A stretch of DNA of 64,000 bases from positions 25,345 through 89,344 of the forward strand of contig JAWLHX010000002.1 of the NCBI GenBank assembly GCA_041690105.1. Reading direction: 5' to 3'. Positions within the stretch are counted from its first letter, which is position 1; the number at the start of each line of letters is the position of its first letter. The notes under the pieces are model-generated. The model saw nothing but the letters and a program-made list of their open reading frames with translations, ran no database searches and was not told where the DNA came from. A program made the translations under genes and the position numbers. This document shows positions 37,529 to 45,581 of this stretch, in pieces. Source of the DNA: Phycisphaerae bacterium (GTDB lineage Bacteria; Planctomycetota; Phycisphaerae; FEN-1346; JAACEH01).

Positions 37529-39385
37529 GTGAAAGGACAGAGGACAGTGAAGATTTCAGATGGCTTCCGCGGCCGAGTGGACGAAAAGTTCGCCCGGCCG
37601 ACATCTTTGATCGGCAGGGCTGGCATGGGTGCTGATTTCGGCTGGTCGACGGCCGGGCGCGTTTTGGTGCTCGGACTTGTGCTGCTCGTTCTGGGCGGAG
37701 CATCCGGCTGCATTCAGAACCTTGGGCGGGACCCCGGGTGGAACAAACCGACGACGCTGGAGTTTGAGGTGGGCGACGATGTTGAGGTACCGGAGCGGAT
37801 GGCCATGGTCTTTTTCTGCGATGGCCTCAATCGGGATGTCTTCAACGACATGCTGTCGAAGGGCCAGTTGCCGCACATCGAGCATTATCTTGTGCGCCGC
37901 GGCGTGCTGATTGAAAAGGGCGTTACCAGTCTGCCGACCATCACCTATGGCTCGACGGTTTCGCTGATTACAGGCGTGCCGGCCGGGCATCATGGGGTGC
38001 TGGGCAATAACTGGTTCGATCCGCAACTGCTGGTGCTGCGGCGATATGGCACAATCGGCACGATGAGTCTGGTGAACGACGATTTTACTTACCCTACTCT
38101 GTTTGAACTGCTGGACCGCGAGCATACGGTGGTTGTCACCATGCAGCAGCACCGCGGGGCCACCACCTGGCACGAGAACTGGATGCGCACAGGTCCGGCA
38201 TGGTTCTTCCGCATGTTTCATAACGTCAACATGACCACCACAGCCCGCCTGCAGGACGTGGCCAGCGATGCCGAGCGCGACAAGACATTCCCGCACCTGT
38301 TCTTTCTGTATTATCCTTCAACCGATGAAGTCGGCCACATTCACGGCCCCGGCAGCCCGCAATACCGCGAGATTCTGCAAAGTTTTGATAACGAGGTGGG
38401 CGATGCCTGCAAGGCGTTCGAGAAGGAGGGTCTGCTGGAGCGGACGCTGCTGGTGCTGATTACCGACCACGGGATGAGCGCGATTGATGAGAATTATGAT
38501 CCATCCGCCGATCTGGAAGCGGCCGGCCTGAGGGTTACGCAGCAGGCCATGGGCCAGCGCGACGGTTACTATCAGAAGCGAAGTGCCCACTTTAACAAAT
38601 ACCAGGCGGTGGTGCTTCCGGACGGCTCCAGGCAGACCGACATAACCCTGCGAATGGCGGGGCGGCCCTGGATTACGCGGCCCTCGCTGTCGGACATCAG
38701 ACAGTTTGTCGTAGAGGACGATGAGGGCCGGCCAACCGAGCGCCGGGTCGATCTTCTGGCCATGGCCCTGGCAATGCCGGCCACGCAGCTTGTAGCCCAT
38801 GGAGAGCAGCGCGACGGGGAGTCACTCGTTCACCTGTTCCACCGGGAGGGCCGGGGGCTTGTTTCGCGCCGCACCGATGCCGCGGGCCAGGCGACCTACG
38901 CTTACCGGGTGACCGAGGGGGCCGATCCGCTGGGCTACAGTGCACTGCCTGAAGCCGCGGCCATGGTTGGCGGTGGGTATTACGATGCCGATAGCTGGGT
39001 CGAGGCGACGCTCGCCGGCGATCATCCGGCCGTGGTTCCGCATCTGCCGGATATGTTCGACTCCGACCGCACCGGCGATCTGGTTCTGTTCGCCCTTCCG
39101 GGCTGGGATTACGGCACCTATAACAAAGGTGGGCATGGCGGGCTAACTCGTCAGGAGATACTGATACCGATGGTTTTTGCCGGGCCGGGAATTGCCCAGG
39201 GCCAGCGCCTGCCGTGGGCCAGAAGCCTTTCGCTGACTCCCACTGTGCTGCATTTTCTGCGTCAGGAGCGTGAGGCAACCGTCTTTGCAGGCTTTAGTGC
39301 CGACAGTCTGCTTGACATTCTTGCCGGTGGAGACGAAAATGCTCCGTCTGTGCCTGGTGCGTCGGGACCGGCGGATGCGCCCTGA
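37529..39385 (+). CDS. Alkaline phosphatase superfamily, nucleotide pyrophosphatase/phosphodiesterase-like lipoprotein
   Basis: FCDG, LPTIT (Thr nucleophile), TDEVGH, ITDHGM, GGHGG; lipobox ASGC. Start may be 37625. Confidence 0.82.
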   Translation: MKGQRTVKISDGFRGRVDEKFARPTSLIGRAGMGADFGWSTAGRVLVLGLVLLVLGGASGCIQNLGRDPGWNKPTTLEFEVGDDVEVPERMAMVFFCDGLNRDVFNDMLSKGQLPHIEHYLVRRGVLIEKGVTSLPTITYGSTVSLITGVPAGHHGVLGNNWFDPQLLVLRRYGTIGTMSLVNDDFTYPTLFELLDREHTVVVTMQQHRGATTWHENWMRTGPAWFFRMFHNVNMTTTARLQDVASDAERDKTFPHLFFLYYPSTDEVGHIHGPGSPQYREILQSFDNEVGDACKAFEKEGLLERTLLVLITDHGMSAIDENYDPSADLEAAGLRVTQQAMGQRDGYYQKRSAHFNKYQAVVLPDGSRQTDITLRMAGRPWITRPSLSDIRQFVVEDDEGRPTERRVDLLAMALAMPATQLVAHGEQRDGESLVHLFHREGRGLVSRRTDAAGQATYAYRVTEGADPLGYSALPEAAAMVGGGYYDADSWVEATLAGDHPAVVPHLPDMFDSDRTGDLVLFALPGWDYGTYNKGGHGGLTRQEILIPMVFAGPGIAQGQRLPWARSLSLTPTVLHFLRQEREATVFAGFSADSLLDILAGGDENAPSVPGASGPADAP

Positions 39386-39454
39386 AAGCGCGTCCTGACG
39401 AACATTGCGACAAAAACAGTGACGGCGGAACAGTCAGCCTAAGGAGGCTATGAG

Positions 39455-41290
39455 ATGTCGATGCAGACTACATTACGATCGCACACCTGCGGCCAGTTGC
39501 GGGCCACGAACGTTGACGAAGTTGTAACGCTCTGCGGCTGGGTCTCCAGTCGGCGCGATCATGGCCAGTTGATTTTCATCGATTTGCGCGACCGCTACGG
39601 CCTGACCCAGTGCGTGTTCGACCCCGAGACATCGCCCGAGGCCCACAAGGCGGCCGAGCAGGCGCGCGGCGAATGGACGCTGCGCGTAACGGGAAGCATC
39701 CGGCATCGGCCTGAAGGCACGGTGAACCCGAAGATGCCGACCGGCGAAGTCGAGATGCTGGTAACGGATCTTCAGGTACTGAGCCAGAGCCTGACACCTC
39801 CGTTCGAGATTTCCAGCGATACCGACGCGGGCGAAGACATCCGCCTGAAGTACCGCTACCTGGACTTGCGGCGGCCTGTGATGCAGCGGGCCATTACGAC
39901 GCGTTCGAAGCTGGTCAAGGCCATCCGCGACTTCTACGACCGCGAAGGCTTCATCGATGTCGAGACGCCGTTTTTGACCAAGAGCACGCCGGAGGGAGCC
40001 CGCGATTACCTGGTGCCTTCGCGAGTGAACGTGGGCCAGTTTTTCGCGTTGCCGCAATCGCCGCAATTGTTCAAACAGATTCTGATGATTGCCGGCTACG
40101 ACCGTTATTACCAGATTGTACGTTGCATGCGCGACGAGGATTTACGGGCCGACCGTCAGCCGGAGTTCACGCAGTTGGACGTTGAGATGGGCTTTGTGAC
40201 GGCTGAGGATGTGATTTCGACCACCGAGCGGATGATTGCCGAGGTGATGGAGAAAGTGCTGGGCGTGGAGGTGAGTCTGCCCATACCGCGGATGACGTAT
40301 CGTGAAGCCATGGACCGCTACGGCCACGATGCTCCGGATACGCGCTACGAAATGTTCATCGAAGATCTGACCGATCTGGCCGGGCGCTGCGACTTCCGCG
40401 TCTTCCGGCAGACGGCGGAATCGGGCGGACAGGTTCGCGGCATCAACGTCAAGGGCGGGGCCAGCCTGAGCCGCAAGGATCTTGATGAGCTTACGGCTTT
40501 TGTGGCCCAGTTCGGGGCCAAGGGTCTGGCCTGGGTGAAGGTTGAAGCCGAGGCCTTGAGCGGGCCGATTGTCAAGTTTTTCCCGGCCGAGCAGCAACAG
40601 GAGATTCGGCATAAATTCGATGCGGCGGCGGGCGACATTCTGCTGTTTGTGGCCGACAAGCCGTCGGTGGTGGCCAAGAGCCTGGGGCAGTTGCGGATGA
40701 CGCTGGCCCGGCGGCTAAAGATGATTCCCGAGGGCAAGTTCAACTTTACCTGGGTGGTTGACTTCCCGATGTTTGAGTATGATGAAGAGTCGAAGCGGTA
40801 CGTGGCCATCCACCATCCGTTCACGGCCGCCCGCGATGAAGACCTGGACCGCCTGGAGAGCGATCCGCTCGGTGTCTGCGCCAAGGCCTACGACATTGTG
40901 CTGAATGGCGTGGAGCTTGGCGGCGGCAGCATCCGTATTCATCGCAGCGACGTCCAGCAACGGGTATTCAAGCTGCTGGGCATTGACGAGGCCGAGGCCC
41001 GGACAAAGTTCGGTTTTCTGCTGGACGCCCTCAGTTATGGTGCCCCGCCGCATGGCGGCATCGCCCTGGGCATGGACCGCTTTGTAATGCTGGTGCTTGG
41101 CCTGTCGAGCATTCGCGACACGATTGCCTTCCCCAAGACGCAGAAGGCCCAGTGCCTGATGACCGAAGCCCCCGGCTTTGTGGACGAAAAGCAACTGGCC
41201 GAGCTTCATATCAGGCTTTCCAGCGAGGCGCAACTGGTTGTCCAGGAGCAGAAGGAGAACAAGCCGCTGAAGAATGTACCTCAGGGGTAA
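39455..41290 (+). CDS. aspS: Aspartate--tRNA ligase, probably non-discriminating
   Basis: RSHTCG, RRDHG, LPQSPQLFKQ, RDEDLRADRQPEFTQ, GAPPHGGIALGMDR. Confidence 0.98.
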   Translation: MSMQTTLRSHTCGQLRATNVDEVVTLCGWVSSRRDHGQLIFIDLRDRYGLTQCVFDPETSPEAHKAAEQARGEWTLRVTGSIRHRPEGTVNPKMPTGEVEMLVTDLQVLSQSLTPPFEISSDTDAGEDIRLKYRYLDLRRPVMQRAITTRSKLVKAIRDFYDREGFIDVETPFLTKSTPEGARDYLVPSRVNVGQFFALPQSPQLFKQILMIAGYDRYYQIVRCMRDEDLRADRQPEFTQLDVEMGFVTAEDVISTTERMIAEVMEKVLGVEVSLPIPRMTYREAMDRYGHDAPDTRYEMFIEDLTDLAGRCDFRVFRQTAESGGQVRGINVKGGASLSRKDLDELTAFVAQFGAKGLAWVKVEAEALSGPIVKFFPAEQQQEIRHKFDAAAGDILLFVADKPSVVAKSLGQLRMTLARRLKMIPEGKFNFTWVVDFPMFEYDEESKRYVAIHHPFTAARDEDLDRLESDPLGVCAKAYDIVLNGVELGGGSIRIHRSDVQQRVFKLLGIDEAEARTKFGFLLDALSYGAPPHGGIALGMDRFVMLVLGLSSIRDTIAFPKTQKAQCLMTEAPGFVDEKQLAELHIRLSSEAQLVVQEQKENKPLKNVPQG

Positions 41291-41334
41291 GAAGAGTTGT
41301 GCCAGTTGCGGGGGCGGGCAGGTAGGGTGCGGGT

Positions 41335-42855
41335 ATGTCGGCTTTGGTCAGACGGGTTGAGCCACACGAGATGGGCACCGGGCGGGTGTTTCCGGTCCTG
41401 GTCCGCATGGCCCTGCCGATGATCCTGTCGGGCCTGCTGAGCACGACTTATCAGCTTGTTGACATGCTGTTCATAAGCTGGCTGGGCCGCGACCAGGTTA
41501 CTGGCGTCGGGGCGGCGTTTCCGGTCATGTTTTTCATCTTCGCCATCGGCCAGGCGGCAGCCATCGGAGCAGGTATCACCGTCAGCCGTCGGCTGGGCGA
41601 AAAACGGACCCTCGAAGCCCGGCATTCGCTGGAGCAGGCTTTGCTGGCCTCGGTGCTGGTGGGCGGCATTTTCAGCCTGCTTGCCCCTTTTGTGGCCGGT
41701 CCGCTGATGTCGATGTTGGGTGCCGAAGGCAACGTTCACAGCATGGGCGTTCTGTATCTGGAGCGCATTCTGCTGGGGGTGGTCGTTTTTCACCTGATGC
41801 TGACGGCCGACAGCGGGCTTCGCAGCCAGGGCAACACCATGACGGGCATGAAAATCGCCCTGCTGATCAATTTTATCAATCTGGCCCTGGACGGCTTCTT
41901 CATTTTTGGCCCCAACAATCTGCCAGTTAGAATGCCGCAAGTCTGGCCGCTTGAGAATCTGGCCCAGCTGTATGTTGCTTTCGGGCTCGATCATGGCGTG
42001 CAGGGTGGGGCGACAACGTCGGTGCTGGCCCATGCGCTTGGGGCCGGCATGATGCTGATCGCCCTGCGGCACCCGCGTACGGCGGTGCGACCGTTCATTT
42101 CTCTGCGCGATGGCCTGAGGCTTCGTCCGCGATTGCTGGGCACGCTTTACCTGCTTGGCCTGCCGGCCACGGTGAGCATTATCGGCATGAGCGCATCGGG
42201 CATGATTATCAACCGCATTCTGTTTGGCCTGAACGAAGCGGCCGTCGGCGTGCTGATGATTGCCAACCGTATTGAGATGTTGGCCTTCGTGCCCATTTTC
42301 TGCATAGGTGCGGCGACTATTCCGCTTTGCGGATACAACCTTGGTGCCGGTCGCATTGACCGCTGCCGCTCGGTGATCGTGAGTGGGGCTCTGACGGCGA
42401 GCGGCCTGATGGGCCTGGCGGGTCTGGTGCTCTTCCTCTTTCCCGGTGTATTCCTTTCGGCATTTACCAGCGACCCGGAACTGCTGGCGATGGGCAGCAG
42501 GTTTCTGCGGATCAACTCCCTGAGCTACTTCATCATCGGCGTGGATGTGGTGCTGTCGAACGCCTTTCAGGGGCTGGGCCGACCGGAGCTATCGACGCTG
42601 GTGCAACTAGTGCGGACTCTTATTGTGAAGGTGCCGATGGCTCTGCTGCTGGCGAGTCTTTTCGGTGTCGGGGGCGTCTGGTGGTCATTCCCGATCTCGT
42701 CATTCGCCTGCTTCTTGGTGGCCAGCCTGCTGATGTGGCGATTGCTGCAACGACTGGCCCTGCGGACATTTCCGCAGGCGGCGTCCGGGCCGGAACTGCA
42801 CTTGGCGGAAGCTGCAGACGAGGCTCAGCCGATACTCCGCGACGGAGGCGATTGA
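41335..42855 (+). CDS. MATE family efflux transporter
   Basis: MALP, YQLVD.LFI, LRSQGNT, NLALD..FIFG, GYNLGAG; about 12 TM helices. Confidence 0.92.
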   Translation: MSALVRRVEPHEMGTGRVFPVLVRMALPMILSGLLSTTYQLVDMLFISWLGRDQVTGVGAAFPVMFFIFAIGQAAAIGAGITVSRRLGEKRTLEARHSLEQALLASVLVGGIFSLLAPFVAGPLMSMLGAEGNVHSMGVLYLERILLGVVVFHLMLTADSGLRSQGNTMTGMKIALLINFINLALDGFFIFGPNNLPVRMPQVWPLENLAQLYVAFGLDHGVQGGATTSVLAHALGAGMMLIALRHPRTAVRPFISLRDGLRLRPRLLGTLYLLGLPATVSIIGMSASGMIINRILFGLNEAAVGVLMIANRIEMLAFVPIFCIGAATIPLCGYNLGAGRIDRCRSVIVSGALTASGLMGLAGLVLFLFPGVFLSAFTSDPELLAMGSRFLRINSLSYFIIGVDVVLSNAFQGLGRPELSTLVQLVRTLIVKVPMALLLASLFGVGGVWWSFPISSFACFLVASLLMWRLLQRLALRTFPQAASGPELHLAEAADEAQPILRDGGD

Positions 42856-42982
42856 TTGGCAGGATGTGGCGACGGCGGCTCTTTTTTTGCGCCGCACGAT
42901 GCCAAGTCCACAGCTTTTACCGCATCCTTTGCTGCAATTTTGGGTTTAATAAAATAAGTCGGGAACCGTCTGCAACAGGTAG

Positions 42983-42998
42983 TGGCACGGTGTCTGCT
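42983..42998 (+). promoter_or_regulatory. Candidate sigma54 -24/-12 promoter
   Basis: TGGCACG-GTGT-CTGCT (GG-N10-GC) with an AT-rich tract upstream. Confidence 0.45.
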
Positions 42999-43083
42999 GC
43001 CGAGGGTTTTCGTCCCGGGCTCTGATTTTTGTGTCTGCGGGCGTGGCGGCGGCCGAAATAGCCGCTGAAGATGCCCGCAAAGG

Positions 43084-43112
43084 TTGACTTAAAGTAGCGC
43101 CGAGAGTACCCT
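43084..43112 (+). promoter_or_regulatory. Candidate sigma70 promoter
   Basis: TTGACT-N17-TACCCT upstream of ATG 43169. Confidence 0.45.
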
Positions 43113-43168
43113 TGGAGTGCTCTAAAGTATTGACTGACCGTGGTTTTCTAACTTCAGAGGTGTCTAAC

Positions 43169-45568
43169 ATGAAGCTCAAGAACCTGGTGGCCGCATTTGC
43201 AGCAATTGCCATTATGGGAACATTGTCGCTCGTCTCGTTGCCGGGCACGCTTGGTCTGCAAGCGGCCAGGGCGCAGGGATTGCAGTTAAACTTTGAGGTC
43301 AGTGACGAAGACGTCGACCAGGCTACAGATCGTCTGATCAGTTTTCTGGGCGTAAGGCAGCGCGATGATGGCAGCTGGGCGGACATTACCGGCTCGCATT
43401 ATAAACGGATGACTGGCGGCACGACGGCAATTGCCGTCCTGGCGCTGCTGGAGGCCGACGTAAAGCAAGGCGACAAGCGGGTTGATCTGGAAAAGGCCAT
43501 CAGCGCCCTGCTTAAGGTGGAGATGACCGACCTGTATTGCCGCAGTCTGCGGATAATGGCCCTGTCGCAGGCTTACCGCCAGGTACAGCGGCAGGAATAT
43601 GAGGACCAGATTGTGCAGGACCTTTTCTGGCTCACCAAGGGTCTGCCGACAGCCGGTGCCTGGCACTACGTTGGCCCCCGTCGCACGGGCGATAACAGTA
43701 CGAACCAGTACGGCCTGCTGGCCCTGTGGGAGGCCATGTGGGCAGGCTTTACAAACGACAAGAAGATTGACCGCGCCGGCCCGACGGCGACCGGCCCCGA
43801 TGGCAAGCCGGTGAATGTCAAACAGCTCTACCCGATGGTCGTGCGCAACGTGGCGACCTCCTGGCGCCTGGTTGAGAAGACCTGGATCGAACGCCAGCGA
43901 AGCGACAAAGGCTGGACTTACGCCGCGGTGGCCGGCCCCGAAGTCAACAGCACCCTGACTATGACGGCCGGTGCGGTGGCCAGCCTGTACATTATCATCG
44001 ACGAAGTTTACGCCCCCCGCATGCAGCCGGGTCGCCCGGCGCCCAGGACACCAGTTTTTCAGGCGGCCGAGGAGGGTATGGACTGGCTTGCCGAGCGCCT
44101 GACGCCGGACTTTACCAAGGACGGCTATCTGGCCTTCGGTATTCTGCGTATTGCCTCGGCCAGCGGCCACAAGTACATCGGCGAGCACGACTGGTTCAAG
44201 CTTGGTGTGGAAGAGATTGCCCGGCGTGCCCGCAATGCTCGCGGCGACCTGGGCGGCAGCTATGGTCCGGACGTGCAGGCCTCCTTTTACCTGTTGTTTC
44301 TGTCCCGCGGCCGCATTCCGGTCACCTTCAATAAGCTTGAGCGACCGGGCACGGATTGGAACGTCGCCCCTCGCGACATTGCCAACCTGACTCGCCACCT
44401 GGTAATGAATTTCGAGCAGAGGATGAGCTGGCAGATCGTCAGCATAGATCGCGACGTGCGCGAACTGCTGGACGCTCCGGTACTGTTCATCAATGGCATT
44501 CAGCCGCTGAAGCTGACCTCGCCGCAAATTGACAAGCTGCGCGAATACGTTCTGCGTGGCGGCTTTATCGTGGGCGAAGCCACGACCAGCAGCGCGACCT
44601 TTGCCAGCAGCTTCCGTGAGACTCTGGAGAAGGCTTTTCCGGAGGGCCAGGCGGCCGGGGCCAGTGTTTTCAAGTGGACGCAGTTGCCATCTGATCATCC
44701 GATTTTCGAGCGTCTGAGCGAGGCTGATCTGCGAAAAATCGGCCCGGTGTGGGCCATGCACGACGGCACGCGAACGGTTGCCATTCTGCTGACTCGCGAC
44801 GTTGCCACGGCCTGGCAGAAGCGCGACGTACTGAACAGCAACGAGGCTTTCGTGCTGGGCTGGAACATTTTCCGCTACGCCTCGGCCAACGAGGCCCTGC
44901 GTACCCGCCTGCGTCCGGTTTTTGTGGACGTGGCCAAAGCCGATACCGTTCGCAAGATAGGCGTGTTGCCTGCGGCCGACCGGTGGCTTGGCGATAAGTA
45001 CGCGGTAGAGCGGCTGAGCCATCATCTGGCCACTACGGCCAAGCTGAACGTGGAGATGGAGACTGGCAATCCGGCGGAGATGGATCCGAAGCAGACGCCA
45101 ATGGTGGTCCTGTACGGCAGTGGCGATTATTCGCCTGCGGATTCGATGGTCGAGAACCTGAAGAGCTACATCAGCAAGGGCGGCACGGTGCTGATCAACC
45201 CGAACCTTGGCGACGGTCGGTTTACGTTGTCGGCCAACCGACTTGCCCGCAGGTTGCTGCCCGATTCCGCGGCGGTCACCATTTCCTCTACCGATCCAGT
45301 GATGACGGGCATGGTTTATCGGGAGCGTGGTAAGCCGTTGACGGGTGAAGTTGGTTTCCGCCGGGCGGCCATGGAAGCGCGAATCGGCAAACTTGAATTG
45401 ACAGGCTACCGCGCCGGCGAGCGCTGGGGCGTTGTGGTGACACCGGTGGACGTCTTCCTGAGTCTGCCCGGCACGCCGATTTACGGCAACCGCGGTTACA
45501 CCGGCAACACAGCCCAGCAGATAGCGGGTAACCTTTATCTTTATGCACTTGAACAGGCCGAGAAGTAG
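43169..45568 (+). CDS. Secreted protein with a prenyltransferase-like alpha/alpha domain and two DUF4159-like domains
   Basis: Signal peptide, QRDDGSW, GDNSTNQYGLLAL, QRSDKGWTY, TMTAGAVASL, LLDAPVLFING, LREYVLRGGFI, LKSYISKGGTV. Confidence 0.75.
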   Translation: MKLKNLVAAFAAIAIMGTLSLVSLPGTLGLQAARAQGLQLNFEVSDEDVDQATDRLISFLGVRQRDDGSWADITGSHYKRMTGGTTAIAVLALLEADVKQGDKRVDLEKAISALLKVEMTDLYCRSLRIMALSQAYRQVQRQEYEDQIVQDLFWLTKGLPTAGAWHYVGPRRTGDNSTNQYGLLALWEAMWAGFTNDKKIDRAGPTATGPDGKPVNVKQLYPMVVRNVATSWRLVEKTWIERQRSDKGWTYAAVAGPEVNSTLTMTAGAVASLYIIIDEVYAPRMQPGRPAPRTPVFQAAEEGMDWLAERLTPDFTKDGYLAFGILRIASASGHKYIGEHDWFKLGVEEIARRARNARGDLGGSYGPDVQASFYLLFLSRGRIPVTFNKLERPGTDWNVAPRDIANLTRHLVMNFEQRMSWQIVSIDRDVRELLDAPVLFINGIQPLKLTSPQIDKLREYVLRGGFIVGEATTSSATFASSFRETLEKAFPEGQAAGASVFKWTQLPSDHPIFERLSEADLRKIGPVWAMHDGTRTVAILLTRDVATAWQKRDVLNSNEAFVLGWNIFRYASANEALRTRLRPVFVDVAKADTVRKIGVLPAADRWLGDKYAVERLSHHLATTAKLNVEMETGNPAEMDPKQTPMVVLYGSGDYSPADSMVENLKSYISKGGTVLINPNLGDGRFTLSANRLARRLLPDSAAVTISSTDPVMTGMVYRERGKPLTGEVGFRRAAMEARIGKLELTGYRAGERWGVVVTPVDVFLSLPGTPIYGNRGYTGNTAQQIAGNLYLYALEQAEK

Positions 45569-45581
45569 GAGGAGGCAGCAG

